A DNA stretch of 64,000 nucleotides from an archaeon (GCA_018653485.1 JABHZE010000006.1:262937-326936), one strand, 5' to 3'; shown: positions 1 to 8,835, numbered from the stretch's first letter. Numbers and translations are program-made. Notes: generated from the letters alone by a model not told the origin.

Positions 1-60
1 AGCGGCCAAGCATCTCGCCTTCTCAAGGCGGTGACCCGGGTTCGAATCCCGGTGGGGGCA
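1..60 (+). tRNA. tRNA-Glu(CUC), 3' portion only (5' end lies left of the window)
   Basis: Anticodon stem tcgcc/ggcgg with loop ttCTCaa. T-arm ccggg-ttcgaat-cccgg, acceptor 3' strand tgggggc plus discriminator a. Backbone is almost identical to the complete tRNA-Glu(UUC) at 51620-51692. Confidence 0.8.
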
Positions 61-208
61 TTCAGGGATTCGAACTGTTCGAATTGAGTAAGTTTATTTT
101 TAATTCAATTACATTTTTTTTTGAAAATGAACTTAGGAGGAGGTGGGGGCATTTATATTTTTTATATCAATTAGAAATATTTTTATAAGTTATTTTCTTA
201 ATTAATTT

Positions 209-610
209 ATGGAAGAGGCAATGTATCAACAACCAAGTTCTCTTAAGTGGTTCTTTTTTGTGATTGGAATTGTAGCAACTTTAGCTTACAGAATAATTAT
301 TATTCTTAATTTTTATAATCCTTTATGGGTTAAGATTTCTTGGTATATTGGAACTATCGGTTTTATTTTTTATTTTGGTTATTTATATAATCTTCAATCT
401 AAAAGGGCTGATTTAGCAAAACAATATAATTTATTGGGTGTTGTAAAGGGGATGAAAATAAAAGGGAAACAAAAAGAAGCTTTAAGGTACATAATTAAAT
501 CAAATATGACTTCAAAAGCAAAATATAATTCTGCAATTATTTTTATTTTATCTGTGCTTGCTTTAATTGTTGGAATTATTTTAGATTTTAGTATAATAAT
601 TCTTAAATAG
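209..610 (+). CDS. hypothetical multi-pass membrane protein
   Basis: 133-aa ORF with several long hydrophobic segments (FFFVIGIVATLAY, WYIGTIGFIFYFGYLY, AIIFILSVLALIVGIILDF). No family recognised. Confidence 0.5.
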   Translation: MEEAMYQQPSSLKWFFFVIGIVATLAYRIIIILNFYNPLWVKISWYIGTIGFIFYFGYLYNLQSKRADLAKQYNLLGVVKGMKIKGKQKEALRYIIKSNMTSKAKYNSAIIFILSVLALIVGIILDFSIIILK

Positions 611-630
611 TTTTCAGGATAGGGGTAATT

Positions 631-861
631 ATGGTATTATCACAAAAAGTAAGGGATTATTATTTAAGGACGACAGGTTTTACTATTGAAGAAGCAAATA
701 TGGATTGTGGTTGCGGTTTTGTATCTGAATCTTGTTGTGGGGCTGGGCGAAGATTAGATGATGGGATGAGAAAAATAGATGCAGAGAATGAAGTGCTAGC
801 TAGTATGATTAGTGTTCCAATTATTATGTATGAAGATAGAAGATTACCTTCTGAGGAATAG
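631..861 (+). CDS. small Cys-rich protein, unknown function
   Basis: 76-aa ORF with a CGCGFVSESCCG cysteine cluster, starting 21 nt after the previous ORF. No family recognised. Confidence 0.4.
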   Translation: MVLSQKVRDYYLRTTGFTIEEANMDCGCGFVSESCCGAGRRLDDGMRKIDAENEVLASMISVPIIMYEDRRLPSEE

Positions 862-961
862 TTGTCTTTAATGGATGTTTTTCCAAAATATTTATAAGTC
901 TTTATTGTTTTAGTAGATTATCTATTTGATATTATATATTATCAAAAGGAGGTATTGATAA

Positions 962-1201
962 ATGACATGTATGAATTGGACTTTAACTGTATTAAGTGTG
1001 TTAATATTTATATTTGCAGTTTGGCCAGGTTATGGAACTGAAGTTACAACTCAATGGGTAGTTGGTATTTCTGCGGTTTTAATACTTATTGTGGCTTGGA
1101 CTGGAGTTGAATGTAAACCTTGTGCTGTTAATAATAAAAAAGGTAAGAAAGGAAAAGGTAAAAAAGATAAAGAAGAAGAGGAAGAAAAGAAGAAAAAGTA
1201 A
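962..1201 (+). CDS. small 2-TM membrane protein with Lys/Glu-rich tail
   Basis: GGAGGT Shine-Dalgarno-like motif about 8 nt upstream of the ATG. Two hydrophobic helices, then KKGKKGKGKKDKEEEEEKKKK. Followed by an oligo-T tract. Confidence 0.55.
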   Translation: MTCMNWTLTVLSVLIFIFAVWPGYGTEVTTQWVVGISAVLILIVAWTGVECKPCAVNNKKGKKGKGKKDKEEEEEKKKK

Positions 1202-1231
1202 TTTTTTATTTTTATTTTTATTTTTTTTATT
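1202..1231 (+). terminator. oligo-T tract (archaeal-type terminator candidate)
   Basis: ttttttatttttatttttattttttttatt lies immediately after the stop codon of 962-1201. Confidence 0.45.
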
Positions 1232-1312
1232 AAAAAGAAACATTTATAAGAACTTTTTTCTTAATTAAAGTAGTAAATTAAAAACAAATTTCAAAAGGAG
1301 GTTAAAAAAAAG

Positions 1313-1519
1313 ATGGTAAAAGGAAAACCTGTTTCAAATCTTGTTGCTTTAAGTGCTTGGTTAACTGGTATTTTAGTTTCATTAGCTGTAGGTTTTGGTA
1401 TGGTAGATAAAGTTTTAGTTGTAAGATGGATGCCAGAAGTAGTTACAGTTGTTGCTGGATGGGTTGTTGTTGTATTAACTGTAATAAGTGTGATATTAGC
1501 AATAGCTGACAGAATGTAA
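1313..1519 (+). CDS. small 2-TM membrane protein
   Basis: 68-aa ORF with aaaggaggt upstream and two hydrophobic helices (LSAWLTGILVSLAVGFG, VVAGWVVVVLTVISVILAI). Confidence 0.5.
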   Translation: MVKGKPVSNLVALSAWLTGILVSLAVGFGMVDKVLVVRWMPEVVTVVAGWVVVVLTVISVILAIADRM

Positions 1520-1676
1520 ATTTGTTATTTTTATTTTTAATATTTTTTATTTTTGAATGGGAGGTGTAGGGAGTGAGATATTTTTATTAGGTAGAGTGAT
1601 ATTTTTTAAATCGATTAATGATTATGATTTTAACCCCCACAATAAGATTTTAATAGTAGTTTCTATTTCTTAATTA

Positions 1677-4310
1677 ATGGATAGTCATGTACTTTCGAGA
1701 AAAAAGGTGGTTGAAAAATTGGCTTCTCGTGCTGAGGGGTTGAATGAAAATGAGGTTGATGAAAGATTAAAGAGTTATGGAAGAAATAAGTTAAAAAAAA
1801 CTCGGCAGTTTGATTGGGTTAAAGTTTTATTTGATCAGTTTAAGTCTTATCTTATTTTAGTTTTAGTTTTTGCAGCTGTTTTGTCTTTTTTTATGGAGTC
1901 TAAGGTTGATGCAATAGTTATTTTAATTATTATTGTTTTAAATGCAGGTTTAGGTTTTTTTCAAGAGTTTAAAGCAGAGAAAGCTATTGAAGATTTAAAG
2001 AAAATGATGACCCCTTATTCTAAGGTTTTAAGAAATGGGAGAATTAAGGAAATTAATTCTGAGAGAATTGTTCCAGGAGATATTCTTATTTTGAGTGAGG
2101 GAGATAAGGTAATGGCAGATGCAAGAGTTTTGGTTTCTGAAGGTTTAAATGTCAATGAGTCTTCTTTAACAGGTGAGAGTGTTCCTGAATTTAAAATTAT
2201 TGATAAATTAAAGAAAGGTGTGCCTTTGGCGGAGAGAAATAATATGATTTATCAAGGAACAGAAGTTGTTTCTGGAAGTGGAAAAGCGATTGTTGTTGAA
2301 ACAGGTATGACTACTGAGCTTGGAAAGATTTCTGAATTAGTTCAAACTGTAAAGGCTGAAAGAAATCCGTTCAGGGATAAATTAGATGTGTTTGCAAAGC
2401 AGATTGGTATTTTTATTTTAATCTTATCTATTTTGGTTATTGGTTTATTGATTTTTGAGGGTGTTGAAGTTATTGATAGTTTTTTAGTTGCAATTAGTTT
2501 AGCTGTTTCTGCAATTCCAGAGGGATTACCTGCAATTGTTTCATTAGGTTTAGCTTTTGCAACAAGGAGAATGATTAGGAAGAATGTTTTGATTAGAAAA
2601 TTGCCTGCTTCTGAAACTTTAGGAAGGACTACTGTAATTTGTACTGATAAAACAGGAACTTTAACTGAAGAAGAAATGAATGTTATTAGTTTGTATACAA
2701 ATGGGAAATTTAATTTTGGAACTGGTTTAAAGGGTAAGGAATTATTATTGAGGACAGGAGTTCTTTGTAATGAGGCTAAGATTGAGGTTGATGAAAAAGG
2801 AAGAGAATATTCTATTGGAGATCCTACTGAGGTTGCATTGATTGTTTCTGCTAAAAATAATTTTTTAGATAAAAATAAATTAGTTAAAAAAGAACCAAGA
2901 GTTAAAACTTTTGCATTTACTAGTGAAAGGAAAATGATGTCTGTTGTTAGGGAGAGTGAAGAGGGATTAAGAAGTTATGTTAAAGGGGCTCCTGAAAAAA
3001 TAATTGAAAGATGTGATTATGAATTAAGGGATGGGAGAAAATTAAAATTAGAGGCAAAAGATAAGGAGAGATTAACTAAAGTTTATGAGAAGATGGCTGG
3101 AGAGGGTTTAAGAGTTTTAGGTTTTGCTTTTAAGAATTTAAAGGGTTCATTGCCTGAGGGCAATGAAGATTTTAATATCACAGAAAATAATTTAGTTTTT
3201 GTTGGTTTTCAAGGAATGATTGATCCTCCTAGAAAAGAAGTTAAGAATGCTATAAAATTATCTCAAGAAGCTGGAATTAAGGTGATAATGATTACTGGAG
3301 ATTCTAAATTAACTGCAGATGCTGTTGCTAAACAGATTGGATTAAAAGGAGAATCTATGAGTGCTAAAGAAATGAGTTCTATGGGTGATAGAGAATTATA
3401 TAATAGGATAAAAGATATCTCTGTTTTTTCAAGAATTTCTCCTGAAGATAAATTAAGAATTATTAATATTCTTAAACAAAGAAATGAGATTGTTGCAATG
3501 ACTGGGGATGGTGTTAATGATGCTTTGGCTTTGAAAAGGGCAGACATTGGGATAGCTATGGGAAAAAGAGGAACTGATGTTGCAAGGAGTTCTTCAGATA
3601 TTATTTTGCTTGATGATAATTTTGCATCTATTGTTGAAGGAGTTAGTGAGGGAAGAAGAATTTATGATAATGTTAAGAAATTTGTAAAGTTATTATTGTC
3701 TGCTAATTTTTCAGAAGTTTTTTTAGTTTTAACTGTTATGTTGATTTGGAGAAATCCAGAACTTTTACCCCTGTTACCGATACAGATTTTATGGATTAAT
3801 TTAGTTACAGATAGTCTTCCTGCATTAGCATTAAGTAATGAAAAGGCAGAGAGTGATGTTATGAAAAGAAAACCAAGTAAGAAGGGAATATTAAATGGGA
3901 TTATTGGATTTATTCTTTTAGCAGGATTTTTAACTTTTATAGTTGATTTTTTATTTTTTTATGGATATATGGCTGATATTGATAAAGCTAGAACAATGGC
4001 TGTTACAGCTTCTATCACTTTTGAAATGTTTTTAGCATTTAATTGTAAATCTAATAAACCTTTGTTTAAAACTAAGAGTTTTTTGGATAATAAGTATTTG
4101 ATTTATGCTGTTTTAGTTTCAATAGGTTTGCATTTATTGGTGATGTATAGTCCATTGAGTAGTTTATTTTATTTTGTTGCATTAGGATTATTTGATTGGT
4201 TAATGATTATTGGAGTGAGTCTTATTGGGTTTTTTATTATTGAAGGATATAAGGTTTGGAAAGTGAAGAAGCGGAAGAAAGGAGAAAGAATTATAAGTAA
4301 AAAAAGATAA
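1677..4310 (+). CDS. cation-transporting P-type ATPase (P2/Ca2+-ATPase-like)
   Basis: 877 aa with TGES (LTGESVP), the phosphorylation motif ICTDKTGTLT, hinge MTGDGVNDALAL, and N- and C-terminal TM bundles. Confidence 0.95.
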   Translation: MDSHVLSRKKVVEKLASRAEGLNENEVDERLKSYGRNKLKKTRQFDWVKVLFDQFKSYLILVLVFAAVLSFFMESKVDAIVILIIIVLNAGLGFFQEFKAEKAIEDLKKMMTPYSKVLRNGRIKEINSERIVPGDILILSEGDKVMADARVLVSEGLNVNESSLTGESVPEFKIIDKLKKGVPLAERNNMIYQGTEVVSGSGKAIVVETGMTTELGKISELVQTVKAERNPFRDKLDVFAKQIGIFILILSILVIGLLIFEGVEVIDSFLVAISLAVSAIPEGLPAIVSLGLAFATRRMIRKNVLIRKLPASETLGRTTVICTDKTGTLTEEEMNVISLYTNGKFNFGTGLKGKELLLRTGVLCNEAKIEVDEKGREYSIGDPTEVALIVSAKNNFLDKNKLVKKEPRVKTFAFTSERKMMSVVRESEEGLRSYVKGAPEKIIERCDYELRDGRKLKLEAKDKERLTKVYEKMAGEGLRVLGFAFKNLKGSLPEGNEDFNITENNLVFVGFQGMIDPPRKEVKNAIKLSQEAGIKVIMITGDSKLTADAVAKQIGLKGESMSAKEMSSMGDRELYNRIKDISVFSRISPEDKLRIINILKQRNEIVAMTGDGVNDALALKRADIGIAMGKRGTDVARSSSDIILLDDNFASIVEGVSEGRRIYDNVKKFVKLLLSANFSEVFLVLTVMLIWRNPELLPLLPIQILWINLVTDSLPALALSNEKAESDVMKRKPSKKGILNGIIGFILLAGFLTFIVDFLFFYGYMADIDKARTMAVTASITFEMFLAFNCKSNKPLFKTKSFLDNKYLIYAVLVSIGLHLLVMYSPLSSLFYFVALGLFDWLMIIGVSLIGFFIIEGYKVWKVKKRKKGERIISKKR

Positions 4311-4318
4311 TATAGTTT

Positions 4319-6796
4319 ATGAAAAAGAGTGTTAAGGGACAGAGTAAAATAATTACGGGAGTGTTATTAATTATGATTGTTTTAGTTGGTGTGACTATTG
4401 TTTATAATTTGGTAAATCCTATTTTACAAGAGGGAGTTTTAGAAAGTGAGGATGCTATTTCTAGATTACAATTACCTTTGTTAGGTGTTGAAGATTTAAT
4501 TGTTAATGGAAGTAATGTTAGTTTTAAATTAGATGCTGGAACTGGGGAGGGGATAATTACATTGGTGAAGATAATTTTTAAAACAAATGGTAGTGATTGT
4601 ATTGTTGAGAAAAATGTTAGTATTCAGGGATTAGAGAGTGAATTGATTAGTTTAAATGTTAGTGGTTGTGATGTTGTAAAAGATGTTAAAAGGGTGGAGG
4701 TTTTGGAGTGGGAGGAAAGTGATTCTGAAGAGGGTTCGGAAGATTCGAAGAGTGTTGAAGCTTGTTTGAGTGAGTGTCAGGATTTGACTGTGGAGGGAGG
4801 AATTTATACTTTATGTGAGGATGTGGTTCAGAATGAAAATAGTGATTGTTTTGTAATTAAAGCAGAAAATATTGAAATAGATTGTTTAAATTATAAAATT
4901 ACTTCGGATTATGAAAAAAGTGGAATCTATTCTAATGAAGATTATACAACTATTAAAAATTGCGAGGTTTCTATGAAAAAAGGTAGTTTATTTGGACGAG
5001 GAATTACTTTGGAAAATTCTAAAGGGCATTATATTTATAATAATATTTTAAATAATCAGACTATTGGTCTTCGTTTAGTTGCTATACAGGAATCAATTAT
5101 AGGGGAAAATGTAATTAGTTATAATTCTGGGGATGGGATTTATAGTTGGAATAGTCAAAATACTATTTTTAGAGATAATATTGTGGAAAATAATTTAGAT
5201 AGAGGGTTATATTTATATTCTTTTTCAGATAATAATGAGATTGAGGATAATATTTTTTGTGGTAATGGAGATAATGATATTTATTGTGTGAGGAGTAGTC
5301 ATCTTTTTGAAAATAATTATTTTGATAATGTTCTTGGTTGTGATGCTGCACGAATTCAAAATAATGAAAGATGTTCAATGCTTCGAGAAAATATTGAAAT
5401 TGATTCTTGTGGTAGTTTAAATGAGGAAGGTAAGAATTATCTTTTAACTCAGGATATTAGTAGTAATTCTGTGGATTTTAGTTGTTTATATATGTCAGAT
5501 GATACTGTTTTAGATTGTCAGGGGTATTGGATTCGTTTATATGGGAAGGGGGGTGGGATTAAGGTTAATGGTAAAGAGAATATTATAATTAAAAATTGTA
5601 ATATTGAATATCCTTCTCATAGGGGCACTGAAAGACATGCAAAGGCAATTGTTTTAGAAGGTTTAGAAGGTTTTGAATTATATAATAATCATATTATTGG
5701 GGCGAATATTGGAATATATGCTTCAGGTTCAAGTAATGGTATTATTGATGGATTAATAGTTGAAGGTAGTAGGTATGATGGGCTTTGGTTAGGAACTTCT
5801 AAAAGTGAGTTTAGAAATATTGAATCAAATGATAATGGTGAGAGTGGAATTTATATCCCAGGTGGTTTAGATAATAATTTTGAGAATATTTTAACTAATA
5901 ATAATGAGCGTGGGATGGAGTTTTGGTTTTCAAATCATTGCACTGTTAGTAATAGTGAGTTTAGGGATAGTGAAGATGTAGGGGTGGAAGTAAGTCATAG
6001 TAATTATATTTATTTGGAAAATTTGGTTATTAATAGGGTTGATGAAGAAGGGATTTATTTAGAGGATTCAAATGATTGTGTTTTGGATAATGTGGGGATT
6101 TTTAATGTAGGTACAAATGATGATGGTGCTGGAATTAGAGTTAGGGATTCAAATAATAATGTTATTCGAGATAGTATTTCTTGTGATAATGGGTTTAGGG
6201 ATTTTCGATGTTCTGGAATTGGAAATACTGGAAGTGGGAATAAGTTTGGTAAGGGTAGTGATTGCGGTGTTGAATATTCTGGTTGTTCTTGTGTAGAAAA
6301 TTGTGCTGTTTTGTATACTCTTGTATTAAGAGATTTGGATGGAAATATTTTAGGTTATTATGGGGATGATATAAAGACTTTTCAAATTAATCAGGGAGAA
6401 GAATTTTTTATTGATGTTTATTTAAAGGATTATGGAAAAAGAGGAGTTTATGCAGGTTATATGGATTTAATTTATAGTTCTAATGATTTAGTTGATTTTG
6501 TTCCAGGTTCTTTGGAGATTAATGAAGGTTTTGGAAGTGTAAATGAGGGAATGATAATAGAATCGAGAAGATCAATTAATGAAGTTGGAGGAGTAAGTGA
6601 GAATTATTATTCTCTTGGGGGTAATATGATGTGGTTGTTTAGTGTTCGTGCGATTGCGGTAATGGAGGGTATTGAGAGTTTTGAATTAAATCCTGCAGAT
6701 ATTTTTCCAGAGCATGATACTCTTATTTATGGGAATGATGAAGGGGTTAATATTAAAGATATTGTGTATAAGGGGGCAAGGTTAGAAATATTGTAA
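4319..6796 (+). CDS. large secreted/surface protein: archaeal pilin-type (class III) signal peptide + parallel beta-helix repeats + C-terminal cohesin-like domain
   Basis: N-terminus MKKSVKGQSKIITGVLLIMIVLVGV resembles archaeal type IV pilin signals. Long run of repeats such as IYNNILNNQTIGLRL and IFRDNIVENNLDRGLYL (NosD/pectate-lyase-like beta-helix). Cys-rich. Last ~160 aa (FFIDVYLKDYGKRGVYAGYMDLIYSSNDLVDFVPGSLEIN) look cohesin-like. Confidence 0.8.
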   Translation: MKKSVKGQSKIITGVLLIMIVLVGVTIVYNLVNPILQEGVLESEDAISRLQLPLLGVEDLIVNGSNVSFKLDAGTGEGIITLVKIIFKTNGSDCIVEKNVSIQGLESELISLNVSGCDVVKDVKRVEVLEWEESDSEEGSEDSKSVEACLSECQDLTVEGGIYTLCEDVVQNENSDCFVIKAENIEIDCLNYKITSDYEKSGIYSNEDYTTIKNCEVSMKKGSLFGRGITLENSKGHYIYNNILNNQTIGLRLVAIQESIIGENVISYNSGDGIYSWNSQNTIFRDNIVENNLDRGLYLYSFSDNNEIEDNIFCGNGDNDIYCVRSSHLFENNYFDNVLGCDAARIQNNERCSMLRENIEIDSCGSLNEEGKNYLLTQDISSNSVDFSCLYMSDDTVLDCQGYWIRLYGKGGGIKVNGKENIIIKNCNIEYPSHRGTERHAKAIVLEGLEGFELYNNHIIGANIGIYASGSSNGIIDGLIVEGSRYDGLWLGTSKSEFRNIESNDNGESGIYIPGGLDNNFENILTNNNERGMEFWFSNHCTVSNSEFRDSEDVGVEVSHSNYIYLENLVINRVDEEGIYLEDSNDCVLDNVGIFNVGTNDDGAGIRVRDSNNNVIRDSISCDNGFRDFRCSGIGNTGSGNKFGKGSDCGVEYSGCSCVENCAVLYTLVLRDLDGNILGYYGDDIKTFQINQGEEFFIDVYLKDYGKRGVYAGYMDLIYSSNDLVDFVPGSLEINEGFGSVNEGMIIESRRSINEVGGVSENYYSLGGNMMWLFSVRAIAVMEGIESFELNPADIFPEHDTLIYGNDEGVNIKDIVYKGARLEIL

Positions 6797-6797
6797 G

Positions 6798-7397
6798 ATG
6801 GGAACAACCCTTTTAAAAAAGGCTTGGCCCAAAACAAGATTTAAAATGAAAAGATCAATTATTTTTATAATGGGTATATTTTTGGTATTTTTAATTGTTG
6901 GAAATATATCTGCATTAAGTGTAACTCCTATTTCTATTGAAAATTGTGATGGAGCAGATATTGATAGAAACGGGATAGTTAGTGTTGAGGATATTAATTT
7001 GTTTAATGATGAAAGACTAAAGAAATGTGGGCATCTACATCCTTTAAATGCCTTGAATGTTATTAATTATTTAAATTCTGACGGACCAGGGGAGGCTTAT
7101 AGTGAGTATGAATATCTTTTAGATACAAATGCAGATGGTTTTGTTAGTCCTATTGATGCTTTGATTTTAATAAATCGTATGAATTTTTGTACTGATTTAC
7201 CTTCTGTGCCTTTAGCTTCTAATGCAGATTTTGATAAAAATGGATTTATTCAAGGGGATGATGTAGTAATATTTCTAGGTGTTTTAGAAGTTTATCCTAT
7301 TGGAATTAATTGTATGAGGAGTTTAGATAATCTGGAGATTTTTGTTTCAACTGGGAAAGATGTTTATAGTGTTGGAGAAAAGATTGAGTTGAATTAA
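6798..7397 (+). CDS. secreted dockerin-repeat protein
   Basis: Signal/TM segment SIIFIMGIFLVFLIVGNISA (true start may be the Met at 6846). Three Ca-binding dockerin-like loops: DIDRNGIVSVEDINLF, DTNADGFVSPIDALILINRMN, DFDKNGFIQGDDVVIF. The start abuts the stop of 4319-6796. Confidence 0.7.
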   Translation: MGTTLLKKAWPKTRFKMKRSIIFIMGIFLVFLIVGNISALSVTPISIENCDGADIDRNGIVSVEDINLFNDERLKKCGHLHPLNALNVINYLNSDGPGEAYSEYEYLLDTNADGFVSPIDALILINRMNFCTDLPSVPLASNADFDKNGFIQGDDVVIFLGVLEVYPIGINCMRSLDNLEIFVSTGKDVYSVGEKIELN

Positions 7398-7428
7398 ATG
7401 ATAGATTAATTTTAACTACTTTTAAACT

Positions 7429-7476
7429 ATTTTGATTTGTTCTCCCTTATCCATAGGGGGAGAAAAATAAAAATTT
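7429..7476 (+). repeat. copy 1 of a ~48-nt intergenic hairpin element
   Basis: attttgatttgttctcccttatccatagggggagaaaaataaaaattt. The stem tctccc/ggggga pairs internally. A near-identical copy lies at 18697-18745 in the same orientation. Confidence 0.7.
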
Positions 7477-7594
7477 CTGTTGATTTAGGTATTGTTAAAA
7501 AGGAATTCACTAAATCTAGTATAGTAAAGTTTATTAATCATAATTTGTTTTATAGGTTATAAAAGGTGAAATTTAAGTAAAATTTAGGTAAAAA

Positions 7595-7909
7595 ATGATA
7601 AGTTGGATAGTAATAGTGGTTTTGCTTGTTGCAGGTGTTTTTGCAATTAAGATGAATCATTTAAGGCATAGAATATTTATTGTATTTTTAATAGCTTTGG
7701 CTTTATTTTTGTATAGTTCAATGGCTTTAGTTGAAACTCAAAATGAATTAGATTTTACAACTACAGAGGGTTTTTTTAATGCTATTAAAGTTTATACTGG
7801 TTGGTTAGCTAATGGGTTTGATAATCTTAAGACTCTTACAGGAAACGTTATTGGTATGGATTGGGGCTCAACAAATGCAAGTTTTTTTGAGGGATCAGAG
7901 AATAAATAA
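7595..7909 (+). CDS. small N-terminally anchored membrane protein (paralog of 7935-8147)
   Basis: Two TM helices, then the motif YTGWLANGFDNLKTLTGNVIGMDW, shared with the next ORF (YAGWFDNLLDNGKSISGYFVKMEW). Confidence 0.55.
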   Translation: MISWIVIVVLLVAGVFAIKMNHLRHRIFIVFLIALALFLYSSMALVETQNELDFTTTEGFFNAIKVYTGWLANGFDNLKTLTGNVIGMDWGSTNASFFEGSENK

Positions 7910-7934
7910 TGAGTTATAGGATAAATAAAGAAAA

Positions 7935-8147
7935 ATGAAAATATTAATGTTTTTGATATTGTTTTTGTTTATAGGAGGATTTTTTATTATTTCTAATGAA
8001 AATATTCCTTTGAATAATGCTGAGAATATAGGTCTTTTTTTTGAGTTATATGCTGGATGGTTTGATAATTTGCTAGATAATGGGAAGAGTATTTCTGGTT
8101 ATTTTGTTAAAATGGAATGGTTGCCTGAGACTGGTGTTGAGGAATAG
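7935..8147 (+). CDS. small N-terminally anchored membrane protein (paralog of 7595-7909)
   Basis: TM helix ILMFLILFLFIGGFFII plus the shared Y-x-GW...DN...G....M-x-W motif. Confidence 0.55.
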   Translation: MKILMFLILFLFIGGFFIISNENIPLNNAENIGLFFELYAGWFDNLLDNGKSISGYFVKMEWLPETGVEE

Positions 8148-8148
8148 T

Positions 8149-8397
8149 TTAGTTGTAAATATTTTTTCTATGTCCAACTTCAATTACAAATATTTGAAGT
8201 TCTTTATTTTTGATATTTAGAATTATTCTATATTCTCCTATTCTTCCTCTAAAATATGGTGAACCTATTAATCTTTTAACATAATTATAGGGTCTTATAC
8301 GAATTCTATCCAAGTAAGATGAAACTCTGTTTTGTATTTCTATTGGAAGTTTATCAAATTGTTTTGAGGCGTTTTGAGAGAATTCTATTTTATACAT
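8149..8397 (-). CDS. relE: RelE/ParE-family type II toxin
   Basis: MYKIEFSQNASKQFDKLP...RPYNYVKRLIGSPYFRGRIGEYRIILNIKNKELQIFVIEVGHRKNIY matches the RelE consensus (yRlRiGdYRiiy...v.vghRk.iY). Start chosen at the ATG at 8397; the ORF track extends to 8433. Confidence 0.8.
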   Translation of the reverse strand: MYKIEFSQNASKQFDKLPIEIQNRVSSYLDRIRIRPYNYVKRLIGSPYFRGRIGEYRIILNIKNKELQIFVIEVGHRKNIYN

Positions 8398-8404
8398 TTT
8401 ATTA

Positions 8405-8623
8405 TCAATGAAGTCTATTTTTAATTTCTTCAAAAGATATTGTTTTTCCTTCTTTAATTTCTTTTTCAGAAATTTTTATATTTTGTTTTGTTTCATCAGA
8501 TAATTCCATTCTATCTTCGATTAAATCCCAGATGAGCTCCTCATAACTTTCTTTTTCATGAATCTTCATGTTTCTCATTTTTTCAATTAATTTATCACTT
8601 ACTTGAATTGTTGTTTGTGCCAT
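8405..8623 (-). CDS. antitoxin partner of RelE (archaeal RelB-like)
   Basis: 72-aa acidic protein ending 7 nt upstream of the RelE ATG. N-terminus TTIQVSDKLIEKMRNMK...ESYEELIWDLIE is typical of small archaeal antitoxins. Confidence 0.6.
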   Translation of the reverse strand: MAQTTIQVSDKLIEKMRNMKIHEKESYEELIWDLIEDRMELSDETKQNIKISEKEIKEGKTISFEEIKNRLH

Positions 8624-8719
8624 AGTGATTATATAAGTTACTATATTTATATAAATGTTTTGGTTATGATAATATTTAGTTAGTTTTTTAAGTATTGATT
8701 TATAGATTAGGATATTTGT

Positions 8720-8793
8720 GCCGCAATAGCTTCAGTTGGTAGAGCGCTACATTGGTAATGTAGAGGTCCTGAGTTCGATCCTCAGTTGCGGCT
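8720..8793 (+). tRNA. tRNA-Thr(GGU)
   Basis: Acceptor gccgcaa/ttgcggc, D-arm gctt..gagc, anticodon stem ctaca/tgtag with loop ttGGTaa, T-arm ctgag-ttcgatc-ctcag, discriminator t. No encoded CCA. Confidence 0.9.
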
Positions 8794-8835
8794 TTGCAAA
8801 TAACCAAGTGATTGTTTAAATTATATAATCTATTT

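Noticed and set aside
3263-3547. Antisense or alternative-frame ORFs lying inside strongly supported genes. Coordinates: 3263-3547, 5169-5378, 11036-11221, 12649-12969, 13771-14070, 14131-14334, 19560-19898, 22047-22289, 25634-25816, 26113-26319, 27061-27375, 27407-27607, 33891-34082, 34584-34811, 35229-35429, 36106-36294, 36168-36464, 43473-43700, 47683-47874, 49446-49628, 50265-50456, 51987-52352, 53988-54269, 58479-58712, 61448-61654.
   Set aside because: Each lies within a CDS that has clear family motifs. Their translations are low-complexity (Phe/Leu/Ser/Ile-rich), as expected from reading AT-rich coding DNA in the wrong frame or strand. None has upstream promoter or SD signals.
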